Below, in pieces: positions 38,603 to 49,929 of a DNA stretch of 64,000 nt (positions within the stretch are counted from its first letter, which is position 1; every line of letters starts with the position of its first letter). Made by a program: the position numbers and the translations under genes. The DNA lies in NCBI GenBank assembly GCA_964252035.1, contig OZ176201.1; one strand, given 5' to 3'. Under the pieces are notes generated by a model. That model worked only from the letters and a program-made list of their open reading frames with translations. It made no database searches and was not told where the DNA came from. The stretch is from Podarcis erhardii. Lineage: Eukaryota.

Positions 38603-38912
38603 CAGTGGTGCCCCGCAAGACGAATGCCTTGCATGACGGAAAACTCGCTAGACGAAAGAGTTTTCCGTTTTGGAGGTGCTTCGCAAAACGAATTTCCTAT
38701 GGGCTTGCTTCGCAAGACGAAAATGTCTTGCGAGTTCCTGCGGGTTCCCCCCCCCTTTCCCCCCTTTTTCTAAGCCGCTTATCCGCTAAGCCGCTAAACC
38801 GCTAATAGCGCTAATCCGCTGAGCCGTCAATGGGTTTGCTTCACAAGACGAAAAAACCGCTAGACGAAGAGACTCGCGGAACGGATTCTTTTCGTCTTGC
38901 GAGGCACCACTG
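38603..38912. mobile_element. Tigger-like MITE, family 2
   Basis: TIR CAGTGGTGCCCCGCAAGACGAA...TTCGTCTTGCGAGGCACCACTG, TA/TA flanks, internal (CCGCTAA)n-like array. Confidence 0.9.
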
Positions 38913-39045
38913 TAGGCAGACTTCTGCCTTTGGCTAAAAGGTTCAATTTGACAATCTTGTGGTTTCTTCTAAAGCATTCTTGGTTCTAAGTAGTACAACT
39001 AGTATTAACAACACATATCACTTTGATGGTTTCATTGCTGCTATA

Positions 39046-39528
39046 TGTCAGGGGACTGCCATCAGAACCAGGGAGGGACGCAGGCAGGGGGGCCGTTGGG
39101 ATACAGAGAGCCTCCGAAACTCCTGAGGAGCAGTTCCTCTTCCAGCGGTGAGAAAAGCCACACCTCCAGTGGGGAAGTGAGGGAAGGGGCCAGCCAAGCG
39201 GAGAGAGGGCTTGAGGATGCTGCTAAGAGCCCCAGCACTTCACCTCGCCAGGCTGGCCAGGAGGAACACACAGCACTTTCGTCACCCAGCTTGCACAGAG
39301 GGGTGAAACGCAAGGGGGGTGGAGGAGACTTGGGGTGCCGAAGTTCTTATGTTGGGGGAGAAGCCGAAAGGGACCACTCCCGGATTCTGCAAGTGACTGA
39401 GACGGACATGAACTTGGTAGATCTGTACTGTAAATAGTTTGCACAATTAAACATGTAAAAGACAGTCAGAGTCCTGTAAAAGACAGGTCAGGTGGTTACT
39501 CACGAGTAACCACCACCAGCATCTGACA
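39046..39528 (+). mobile_element. Solo LTR C (same family as B)
   Basis: TGTCA...TGACA termini, perfect 5-bp TSD CTATA, ATTAAA at 39446-39451, 3' end CACGAGTAACC matching B. Confidence 0.9.
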
Positions 39529-40351
39529 CTATAGAATAGGGATCTCCAGCAGGGTACACAATATTGTCTCCAGGCTGCTGGAATTAGGCTGAAAGAAACA
39601 TTCTAACATAGTTCAAAAAGGTGCCATATCTTTAAAAGTGGTCACAAGACCAAAAATGTTGCCTATGGAACATGGTAGCTGCCCAGCTCAACAACAACAA
39701 CCAAATTAAATAGAGAAGTGGACCACAAAGGCTAAAATCTGGCCTGTGAGAAAGCAACAGATGTGATCAAATGTCAACCTGTTTGCATTTAGGTCAGTAG
39801 AGCAGCTCATGATAATATGATATGTCGGTTATGGGGGGGAGGGAGTCTGTTGTCAAGTAATCCTACCAGATTAACATATTTTAGTCTGATCTTCTGTTTG
39901 TGTGTAAATATCGCTTGATCAGTATTATTCTACAAAACTATAGCTTCGGCAGTGTTTATTTACTCATAAGCAGTACAAATCTGGCCTGCATCCAATGCTA
40001 GTTTTACTCAAGAATCGACCCAATGAAGCTGAAGAACAGGACTAATTAAAATTCTTTCATTTCAATGGGTCTACTTTGAGTACTGAATATAACCCACAGT
40101 TTACTAACAAAGTATATTTTTTTAAAAAAAATCAGAACATAGACCTACAGAGTGATATTCTTAAAGTACTTTGGTGGTGACTTGTTTGAAAGACTGCCTT
40201 CACCAGTGCTTTTTTCAGAGGTACTCAAGGGTACGTAGTACCAGCTCCTCTTTTCGTTGTTGTTAAAAAGTATGGCACTTACTGTAACAACTTCATGGGT
40301 ACGCAGTGCCAGCACCTTTTTTTCTAGGGGGGAAAGCACTGGCCTTCACCC

Positions 40352-40391
<40 letters not shown>

Positions 40392-41045
40392 TTATTATTT
40401 ATTATTTATACCCTGCCCATCTGGCTGGGTTTCCCCAGCAACTCTGTGCGACTTCCACCGAAAATTAAAAACAATACAGCATCAGACATTAAAAACTTCC
40501 TTAAACAGGGCTGCCTTCAGATGTCTTCTAAATGTCATATACAGTGGTACCTCACAAGACAAATGCCTCGTAAGACGAAAAACTCGCAAGACGAAAGTTT
40601 TTCGTTTTTTGAGTTGCTTCGCAAGACAAATTTCCCTATGGGCTTGCTTCGCAAGATGAAAACGTCTTGCAAGTTTGTTTCCTTTGTCTTGCAAGTTTGT
40701 TTCCTTTTTCTTAAAAGCGTGCATTCAGGGGGTGCAGTTGCAACTTGACTTCGAGGAGCAACTCATAGCACGCGGTGTGGTAGCCTTTTTTGAGGTTTTT
40801 GAAGACTTTGGTGATTTTTGAAGCTTTTCCAAAATCCGTGCTTCGCAAGACGAAAAAACTCACAGAACGAATCAATTTCATCTTGCAAGGTACCACTGTA
40901 GTTGTTTATTGCCTTGACACCGCCTGGGAGGGTGTTCCACATGGCGGGCACCACTACCGAGAAGGCCCTCTGCCTGGTTCCCCATAACCTCACTTCTCGC
41001 AGCGAGGGAACCACCAGAAGGCCCTCGGCGCTGGACCCTCGGGCA
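40352..41045 (-). mobile_element. L2 LINE 3' end interrupted by a MITE
   Basis: GLLVVPSLREVRLWGTRQRAFSVVVPAMWNTLP (L2 RAFS..AP.LWN.LP motif), 3' UTR and (TAA)n tail. Confidence 0.85.
40542..40898. mobile_element. Tigger-like MITE, family 2 variant, nested in L2
   Basis: TIRs, TA/TA flanks; L2 sequence resumes at 40901. Confidence 0.88.
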
Positions 41046-41347
41046 CATAAGAAAGGACTATTTCTGATGTTTCTATTTTGTTGGAGGGGGGTACTGTAAG
41101 TCACTTTGAGAAGATATATGGTCCTAAAGTGGCACAGAAGTCATTTACACAAGCAAACAGCTCAATTGCCCCTCTGCAAATGCAGTAACCACTACATTAT
41201 TTCTGATTGGGGGCCTTTTCTCTTTCAAACTTTTTAAAGACCCAAGTTAAAAAAATTAGGAACAGAAATGTTACTTATGTGCATACCGAATGAAAAAATA
41301 TGTAAGTTCTGCCAATAAAAATGGACTGTCTAAGCTCAGTTGTTATT

Positions 41348-41482
41348 CAGACTTTCCAAACTTGGTGCCTTCCAAGTGTTTTGGACTAAAACTCCCATCA
41401 GCACCAGCTGATGACGTAGCCAACGGTAGGTGATGGAAGTTGTTGTCCAAAACCTCTGGAGGGCCCATGCTGGGGAACCCTG
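41348..41482. mobile_element. hAT-type palindromic MITE (older copy)
   Basis: CAG...CTG ends and degenerate GGACTA.AACTCCCATCA hairpin body. Confidence 0.65.
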
Positions 41483-41531
41483 CATCCCAGGGACAATCAA
41501 GTCACTGCCACATCCTCCCATCCACCATCAT

Positions 41532-41787
41532 CAGTGTGGTGTAGTGGTTAAGAGTGGTAGTCTCATAATCTGGGGAACCGGGTTCGCGTCTCCGCTCCTC
41601 CACATGCAGCTGCTGGGTGACCTTGGGCTAGTCACACTTCTCTGAAGTCTCTCAGCCTCACTCACTTCACAGAGTGTTTGTTGTGGGGGAGGAGGGGAAA
41701 GGAGAATGTTAGCCGCTTTGAGACTCCTTAGGGTAGTGATAAAGTGGGATATCAAATCCAAACTCTCACTCTCTCTCTGTCTCTCTC
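41532..41787 (+). mobile_element. tRNA-derived CORE SINE (Squam3/Ther1-like)
   Basis: Box A GTGTAGTGGTTAAGAG, box B-like GGTTCGCGTC, CORE GGGTGACCTTGGGCTAGTCAC, L2-like tail and (CT)n end. Confidence 0.8.
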
Positions 41788-42593
41788 CGTGTGTGCCTGA
41801 AGAGCACTGTTGCCAGAAGGTACATGCTAGAACAAGCCTCATGTTTGCAAGATGGTTTGCTTAATGTCAGAATATGAACACTATTGGGAAATATTGGGGG
41901 CATTTCCTAGTTGCCACACATCAACTTGAAGATGGTTGTTTTTTAAAGGTTGTTGTACACATGTGAAAATTCTTGTATCAGATTTCTGGATCCCATCCAT
42001 TTAAGTGCAACAGCAGCTATACCTTATTTTTCTCATGGTCACATGCCTTCCTTGTTTTTGCACTGATGCTGCATTTCCAGCTGACAAGAGAAGGGTTAGT
42101 GGAGGAAAATGGTAAACACAGTGCAAAGAAATTCCATTCCACTTGCAACTTGAGCAGGATGCAGACTAATGCACAAACAAATAAAGGGAATTATGGAGGC
42201 TTATCTGATGTTAAAATCTCATTGTTGCTGTCAGACAACTCAGCTCATGCAAGCTCAAAATAGTACTGTACTACTTCCTAGAACAAGGCAGCTCACAATT
42301 CCAAGAGCACAAAACTTCATAAACAGCCTTGGAAAAGTCAAGTAGGTTCACACTTCTACCTAGTGATGCATCTAGAGTCCGAGCACTGCTCCAGCACCAA
42401 AACAACAGCAGACACCACTGCCACAAGCATATCTCCATGTAATGCAGCATGTAAGTGGATGGCTATACAGCCTACAATGGATTCTCCTTAATGGGATGTG
42501 GCTTTCTCATTTATAGAGATCTGATTAAGAATCTACCTGCTGCTGACAAATTAAGTGTTGCTCCGTGCTAGAAACCCATGAAAGTTGTTTGTA

Positions 42594-42824
42594 CAGTGGT
42601 ACCTCGGGTTACATACGCTTCAGGTTACATATGCTTCAGGTTACAGACTCCTCTAACCTAGAAATAGTACCTTGGGTTAAGAACTTTGCTTCAGGATGAG
42701 AACAGAAATTGTGCAGCGGCAGCAGGAGGCCCCATTAGCTAAAGTGGTGCTTCAGGTTAAGAACAGTTTCAGGTTCAGAACAGACCTCCGGAACGAATTA
42801 AGTTCTTTACCAGAGGTACCACTG
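42594..42824. mobile_element. Tigger-like MITE, family 1
   Basis: TIRs and TA/TA flanks. Confidence 0.9.
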
Positions 42825-43237
42825 TAACTGACTTTTATGCTGAATGGATTTTTAAGATTAGTGTGGATTTTTTATCGTAGCATTGTATTATTTTTTGGTG
42901 CAATGCTTAGATAATTTATTTTATGAAGCTTCTTAATGAGCATGATAATAATGTAGCAGTCATGGGATCTTGAAATTATGTTCAAATGAATTTAGCAATT
43001 GCTGGTGGCCACAGTTTCCTCCTAGACAGAGGAACACAGAAGTACTATACCCAAACCAAATATACATAAAAATATCTATTTGCAATTTCTAAAAACCCTT
43101 TTTCATTAATTCATACTTATCTCATGACTATACAAATTCATTTGGTATAGTTTCTTTGAGATGGGAATAAGGTTAAGGCTAGGGTATAAACAATGTATAT
43201 AACCCTTGCAAAACAGACTACAAGCCAAGGTCTATTT

Positions 43238-43373
43238 CAGGGTTTCCCAAACTTCCGTCTCCAGCTGCTGTTAGACTACAACTCCTATCATCCCTAGCTA
43301 GCAGGAGCAGTGGTCAGGGATGATAGGAATTGTAGTCCAAAAACAGCTAGAGACCTAAGTTTGGGAAACCCTG
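43238..43373. mobile_element. hAT-type palindromic MITE
   Basis: CAGGGTTTCCCAAAC...GTTTGGGAAACCCTG; 8-bp near-TSD GTCTATTT/GTCTATAT. Confidence 0.88.
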
Positions 43374-43520
43374 GTCTATATATATAAACCAGGGGTAGCT
43401 GGCTAACCTTCAACCTTCCAGGTCAGGAACAGGACTGATCTCGCTGCCCATCAGCTACCAGGTCAAGTCCAAGGTGCTGGTACAGACATACACAGTCCTA
43501 GGCACCTTGGGACCAAGATA

Positions 43521-43818
43521 CAGTGGTGCCCCGCAAGACGAATGCCTCGCAAGACGAAAAACCCGCTAGACGAAAGGGTTTTCTGTTTTTCGAGGCGCTT
43601 CGCAAGACGAATTTCCCTATGGGCTTGCTTCGCAAGACAAAAATGTCTTGCGAGTCTTTCCCCCCCCCTTTTTCTAAGCCGCTAAGCCGCTAATAGCCGC
43701 TAAGCCGCTAATAGCGCTAATCTGCTAAGCCGCTAATAGGGATGCTTCACAAGACGAAAAAACCGCTAGACGAAGAGACTCGCGGAACGGATTATTTTCG
43801 TTTTGCGAGGCACCACTG
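43521..43818. mobile_element. Tigger-like MITE, family 2
   Basis: TIRs, TA/TA flanks, close match to 38603-38912. Confidence 0.9.
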
Positions 43819-44189
43819 TACCTAAAATCCCTCATCTACCTAAACAAAGTTGTTTTCCATTTGCCTGCACAAACACTACATCTAAGATGAAGCTTCGTTA
43901 ATCAACTTGAACTTTGCAGTGACATGTTTGCATTATGCTTTGTTTGTATTCCTGTTACAAAGGAACACCCTTTCATGATTACATCAGATACTGTATGGTG
44001 GCAGTTGGTTTAACAGCTCCTAGTTTAAACTATGATAAGGAAAACACTACATGAATCTTGGGCTGGGGTGTTTTTTAAGGGGGGGTTGTTGCTGTTAATT
44101 TTTTCTATCAAATTACTGGATCTTATGATTAATGTGGAAACTATTCAATTTGCTTGTGTGCTTTTTGATATTTTGTTTCTGACTACTTT

Positions 44190-44285
44190 TGTTATGTTTG
44201 TGGTTATATAATTTTTTAGATATTGTAAGCTGCCTTGAGCATGGTTTTTAACTTTGGAAAGGCAGCATAAAAATAAAACGAACGA
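44190..44285 (+). mobile_element. L2 3' tail fragment
   Basis: TTGTAAGCTGCCTTGAGCATGG...GAAAGGCAGCATAAAAATAAA. Confidence 0.55.
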
Positions 44286-45016
44286 GCCTACCATGCAAAT
44301 TTACTTAACAGACAGGTCAAGACAATAATAAAGTAAGAAAATGAACTGAACAGGACCTCTGCATTTGATCATGCTGAAGCTGTGCTAAGCAAGTGTTAAC
44401 AATTTGGATCTATTTTAAGATAGGTACTGCTTCTGAGGAATAAAATAAGATACTGGTTGCTAAATCAAATGACGGTTCTATTCTAAGCAGAGCTCTCTTC
44501 TAAATGTAGCAGCAACTATGTGGAAAGGGGGTCAACATCTATTAATAAGGTTTTTTATTGTGCACTGGTATTATTGCCTTTGTTCTCAATCACAGATTTC
44601 AGATTTTTCGCTGCTGGAATAGGAAACACAAAATTAGAGATCGAATTTAATCACTACATTGCAGCAAAATCATTTCTACTACATTTTAGATGTTTAACTT
44701 TTTTTATTAAAAAAACCTCACTGGAGGTCAACATACAAATTCAACATTTACTAGAAGTCAAATATAACGGCTTTGTTAAGTAATTCCACCATAACAGGTT
44801 TTACAGTTTGCATCTTGTGCAATGCAACGCCAACTGCTATGTGCTATGCAGATGAAGCTACTTCAGCAACTATCAGGTGTTACAACAGAACTCATGCTTT
44901 GTTTTTAATTTCAGTATGTGGAAGAGGTTCAGTATTTGTATTTTAAATCCACTATATCCTGGAAGTTTGGAGTGAACAACTATACCCCAAAAGCATTTTA
45001 GGGGACAGGGGAAACC

Positions 45017-45155
45017 CTACTGGACCAGGTCAATGGTCCAGCTAGTCCAGCATTCTGCTCTCATAGTGTTTAACCAAATGCCTGTGGAAAACCCACAAGG
45101 AGGATCTGAGCACAAGGAGGAACCCTCTCTCTTCCTGTGGTTTACTGCAACTGGA
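45017..45155 (-). mobile_element. CR1 LINE 3' UTR fragment
   Basis: Similar to 31760-31925. Confidence 0.6.
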
Positions 45156-45567
45156 ACAGCTGGAACAGAAACAACAGAGTTGGGGGGGGGGGAATGAGAA
45201 TTCAACCGTAAGAGAATCTACCCAATATTCCTAATACTAAAACTCTTCCCAGCTACTTCTTGCAGCACTCTACTTTCCACTCATAAAGAAAATATATAGT
45301 TTTGGTTAGATTTTCAATAGTCAAGAAACATTTTGATTCCTAGTGACTTGCAAAAGTACAAAAAATAATAATTAAGAACATGCTTCCACATACACCTACC
45401 CCAAAAAAGAAGCCTAATGATGACTGAGCATGCTCAGCGGAGACTGAATGCTGACTGACTATTCAGAGGAGAATAGAAAACAACTAGGAAAGGAAAAATA
45501 GAACATGTATCCTCAGAGAGCACTCAATACTGCAACATTTTGTTGCAGGTTTTACGAGTATTTAGTA

Positions 45568-45788
45568 CAGTGGTACCTCCGGTTGCAGATGGGATCCATT
45601 CTGGAGCTCCAGTCAGATCCCAAGGTTTCCGCAACCGGAGGGACTGCTTCTGCGCACACACGTGCGGCGGTAAGAGTGCTTCTGCACATATGGACGTGGC
45701 AGAAACCCAGAAATATACTTCCAGGTTTGCCGCTTATGTATCCCAAAGTTTATGTAAGCAGAGGGATACATAAGCGGACGTACGACTG
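45568..45788. mobile_element. Tigger-like MITE, family 3
   Basis: CAGTGGTACCTCCGGTTG left end, degenerate right end ...ACGACTG, TA/TA flanks. Confidence 0.75.
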
Positions 45789-47050
45789 TATTATTATTGT
45801 TAACACTTCTTTATATATATATATATATACTCCCAATAACTATTTTTTGTTGATTAGACAAAAGAATTTTTTCCACTATCCTAATTTACATCAAAAACAG
45901 TAAGCCAAAAAATTAACACTGTTGCCCAGAAGTTTCATTAAATTTGGTGAGTTACCTAAACTCTTATTCAGCTGTTAGTCTTTTACCAGAAACTGAGGGA
46001 AGTTGGCATGCTGAGAGTATGGCTTAATTTGGCTGAGACACACATTACAGAAACAGTTACATTTTCAAGTTGTTAAATAGACTGGAAAATGGGGCAATTG
46101 TCTGTTTTGCTGCCTTGCGCTTCTTTTTTTTAAGACATATAATGTAGCTTGGTGCTCATTAGCATAATCACCGAGTATAATTCCCCACTAAGGGAGAGAA
46201 ATGGCTAAATATTTTTCACGTTTGTTTTGAAATACAGTTGTAAAAGGTTCAATGGATGCTATAGATATTGCACTTTTCAAATAGTGAATGCTTATGTTAT
46301 ATCCTATCCACAGAAATTCAGCAACTTTTCCCAGTGTAATTCATGGGAAACAATGGCTTTATTTCCTTTTCTTTGCATTACACTGTTGGAATTCTGGTTA
46401 ACAACACAATGTACTACTACTGGTGTGAAAATGCAACAATAAATAATAATCCATGTACAAATTTGGGTATAACAAACCTCAGCTCTATTCATCAAGGCAA
46501 TCCTAGTATCAGCTACCTGGAAATAAAACCCATTGAATTCAACAGGACATACTTCTGAGCAAATATGTTTAGGAACATGTTGTAAAACTGGAGCTTGAAG
46601 AACAGTCCTAGAAATTAATCTGCTTTGATGTGGCACAACTGCACTCTAAACTGTGAACTGTTTTAACATTCCTTGTGATAAAACATACACAACTGGATAC
46701 AAAACAAGACTACACATGAGCATTTTTGCAGTTTGTAAAGAAGAGTTTTTTTAAAAAAAACAAAACCCACTGGTCTCAACTTTCAGTCAGTCCAGCAATC
46801 TGGATTTCTTGTTATTAGCTCATACCTTCCCTGCTACACTCCCTTTATTATCTTAACAATAGCAAGATACTATTGTTGCTTTTTAATACATTATATGAAT
46901 TCATGGGAAATAGAAGTTATTACATTAGGATGGCTTATGTGCTCTCTCCCATCAAGCTGCAGCAGTAATTGTTCAGCATCTACAAGCCAGATGTTCTGGT
47001 TCTATACACTAATATCTGTTTTCCTTTTCCTGAGGGTGTTCCTTTTACAC

Positions 47051-47186
47051 CAGGCTTCCTCAACCTCGGCCCTCCAGATGTTTTGAGACTACAATTCCCA
47101 TCATCCCTGACCGCTGGTCCTGCTAGCTAGGGATCATGGGTGTTGTAAGCCAAAAACATCTGGAGGGGCGAGGTTGAGAAAGCCTG
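47051..47186. mobile_element. hAT-type palindromic MITE
   Basis: CAGGCTTCCTCAACC...GGTTGAGAAAGCCTG; 8-bp near-TSD TTTTACAC/TTTTATAC. Confidence 0.88.
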
Positions 47187-47792
47187 TTTTATACAGTAAT
47201 TCTACATTTGTTTCATATGGGGTACAAAGTATGGATATATGTTTTTTCCCCCACTAAGGTCTCTACTCTTACGTTCTTGCCCTGAAGAAAAATGGCTGCA
47301 GCCACAATGTCACATATAATGAGGAATCGGACAGATGCTAGCAATTTGGGCAGGGATTTAAATGAGGCATCATACACCATTAAACCCTTCCCAAACATTC
47401 GCAGATCAGTATTAATTATTTTGAAAGGAAAAAAGACATACACACTTTTGGGAGGGATTAAGAAATGTCCACATCTTTAAAGGAATGGGGAACAACAGAC
47501 AAGAGAACAGTAGACATGCAAGCTAACAAATTAAGATTCTGTCATTAACCAAAAGAAACGTTGGCATGAACCCGCACACCATGCATGCTGGCATTAAATA
47601 AATCAGGGCCTCACAGTTTTAAAATCTGTGCTTTGACTTTGGTGATTTAATTGGGGGGGTTGTGGGGGGTAGAATTTATGTTGTCCTTCTTATTCATTGT
47701 TTTATGTCTTATCTGTATCCAAATTGTTTTCTTTCTTCTTCACTGCAAGTTGCACAGAGAGCCTTATGTTATGAGGCAGGAGTATAAATGTT

Positions 47793-47852
47793 GATAATGA
47801 TAATAATAATGATAATAATGATGATGATGATGATGATAAAAATAATAATAAT
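47793..47852. repeat. Compound (ATA)n/(ATG)n microsatellite
   Basis: Directly visible. Confidence 0.9.
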
Positions 47853-48409
47853 ATAGAAATAATAAATATATAAATAGCCCAAACAGGCAAGGAGGGGCAT
47901 GAAATGAAAGAGAGAAAACACAGTACTGGCAAACTACACATATGGTTTCTGAAATTAATAATAGAGACTATCCATGTTAAAAAAAAGGTTGAATACAAGG
48001 CAAAGCCAAGCATGGAACAATTTCCAAAAAGGTTTGGAGAAATCAATAAACTGCTGTGTATATTCACAGATTTATTCAGTACTAATCCAAGCAGATGTAA
48101 CAGGCAAACTGCCACCCTTCATTGTTTGATAACTATTTGTACAATACTCAGAACACAGTAGAAGCAAACAGACACAGGCCAACGTCAACAGCAATGTTTG
48201 CAATAATTTAAATGTGGAATTTTACACCTTCAGTACTTTCTTTCTCACCAACCCTTAAGGAAGCCTGTAATAATACAGTTTTTCAGGGTGAATGCCTCCT
48301 AGAACAAATGAAGATCTCCACACTAAGCAACTCGCTGCCCACCAATGGGAAATGAGCCATTTTCCTGCTTGCTTTCAGTGACTCAACACTTCACTCAAAT
48401 TATGTAATA

Positions 48410-48655
48410 CAGTGGTACCTCAGGTTAAGAACTTAATTCGTTCAAGAGGTCCGTTCTTAACCTGAAACTGTTCTTAACCTGAGGTACCACTTTAGCTAAT
48501 GGGGCCTCCCGCTGCCACCGCGCTGCTGCTGCTGCTCGATTTCCGTTCTCATCCTGAAGCAAAAGTTCTTAACCCGAGGTAATATTTCTGGGTTAGCGGA
48601 GTCTATAACCTGAAGCATCTGTAACCTGAAGCATCTGTAACCCGAGGTACCACTG
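48410..48655. mobile_element. Tigger-like MITE, family 1
   Basis: TIRs and TA/TA flanks. Confidence 0.9.
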
Positions 48656-48737
48656 TAGTAAGCATTTGCTTCAATGTAAGATCACATATTTCGGGGATTT
48701 CCTTAGTAAACAAATTGGTTTAACACAAACTTACTCT

Positions 48738-48879
48738 GACCGATAGCTCATTAGGCAGAGCACAAGACTCTTAATCTCAGGGTTGTGGATTTAAGCCCCA
48801 TGTTAGGGAAACTATACCTGCATGGCAGAGGGTTGTACTAGATGACCCTCAAGGTCCCTTCCAACTCTATGATTCTCTG
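48738..48879 (+). mobile_element. tRNA(Lys)-derived SINE with CR1 tail
   Basis: Head GATAGCTCA..AGGCAGAGCA..AGACTCTTAATCTCAGGGTTGTGG, CR1 tail, 11-bp near-TSD AAACTTA(C/A)TCT. Confidence 0.8.
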
Positions 48880-49235
48880 AAACTTAATCTTAACCAATTA
48901 TGGGCAGGCCAAGAAAGTCTTAATGTGGGATTGCAAGAGGAGGCCAACGCCTGCTGCTTCATCCAGACAATATAACCCATATACTCTATTTCATTTGCAC
49001 TGTATCTCCCCAATCTACATTTAGGAAAAGGAAATTTTCCCCTCTAGCTTTCAAGTCTTTTTTTAATCATTGAAATGTCCACAAAGGTTTCTGTCCTACA
49101 CACAAGAAAGGCAACACAATGAGCAAAGTGAGAATCTATTTAGAAACCAACTAGGATATTTGTTTCATTCACACCAAAATAATTTATTTAACATCTTTCA
49201 ATCTGTGCATTTTATACATGAACTACAGTCATATA

Positions 49236-49596
49236 GAGGGATGTGGGTGGCGCTGTGGGTTAAACCACAGAGCCTACAGCTTGCCGATCAAAAGGTCAGA
49301 GGTTCAAATCCCCGCGACCAGGTGAGCTCCTGTGGCTTGGTCCCTGCTCCTGCCAACCTAGCAGTTCGAAAGCACAAAGTGCAAGTAGATAAATAGGTAC
49401 CGCCCCGGCGGGAAGGTAAATGGCGTTTCCGTGTGCTGCTCTGGTTCGCCAGAAGCGGCTTAGTCATGCTGGCCACATGACCCGGAAGCTGTACACCGGC
49501 TCCCTTGGCCAGTAAAGCGAGGTGAGCACCGCAACCCCAGAGTCATCCACGACTGGACCTAACGTTCAGGGGTCCCTTTATCTTTACCTTTACTTT
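49236..49596 (+). mobile_element. Sauria SINE, full length
   Basis: Head GGGTGGCGCTGTGGGTTAAACCAC, box B GGTTCAAATCC, tail GGGGTCCCTTTA(CCTTTA)n. Confidence 0.9.
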
Positions 49597-49608
49597 TACC
49601 GTCATGTA

Positions 49609-49778
49609 TTCCGTGTGCTGCTCTGGTTTTGCCAGAAGCGGCTTAGTCATGCTGGCCACATGACCCGGAAAAACTGTCTGCGAACAAACGTCGGCTCCCT
49701 CAGCCAGTAAAGCGAGATGAGCGCCGCAACCCCAGAGTCGTTCGTGACTGGACTTAACTGTCAGGGGTCCTTTACCTT
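49609..49778 (+). mobile_element. Sauria SINE, 5'-truncated second copy
   Basis: 3' half only, different diagnostic sequence, same tail. Confidence 0.88.
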
Positions 49779-49865
49779 TACAGTCATGTAAGTCAACAGC
49801 ATGGATGCACAATGTCTACCGTACCAAACCTTAAGACGAAGACAAAAGTTCAACTTTAGGCTTAC

Positions 49866-49929
49866 GTTTTTCATCATCAGCATGCACAAGGGATGCTGCT
49901 CTTGACAAAACATCCAGTGGAGTCTCCAT
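49866..49929 (-). CDS. VGLL4: VGLL4 coding exon (METPLDVLSRAASLVHADDEK-R), 64 coding nt, phase 1; the exon starts at 49942 with 13 nt of 5' UTR
   Basis: Matches the recalled VGLL4 N-terminus; acceptor TTTTTATTCAG|G at 49943; donor AAC|GTAAG at 49865. Confidence 0.96.

Noticed and set aside
38603-38912. CRISPR-like repeat array (recurring GCAAGACGAA)
   Set aside because: The repeats are short, irregularly spaced, in both orientations and enclosed by TIRs with a TA duplication; this is a eukaryotic MITE
48738-48810. tRNA-Lys gene
   Set aside because: Degenerate stems and direct continuation into a CR1 tail with a TSD identify it as a SINE; the same applies to 63577-63701
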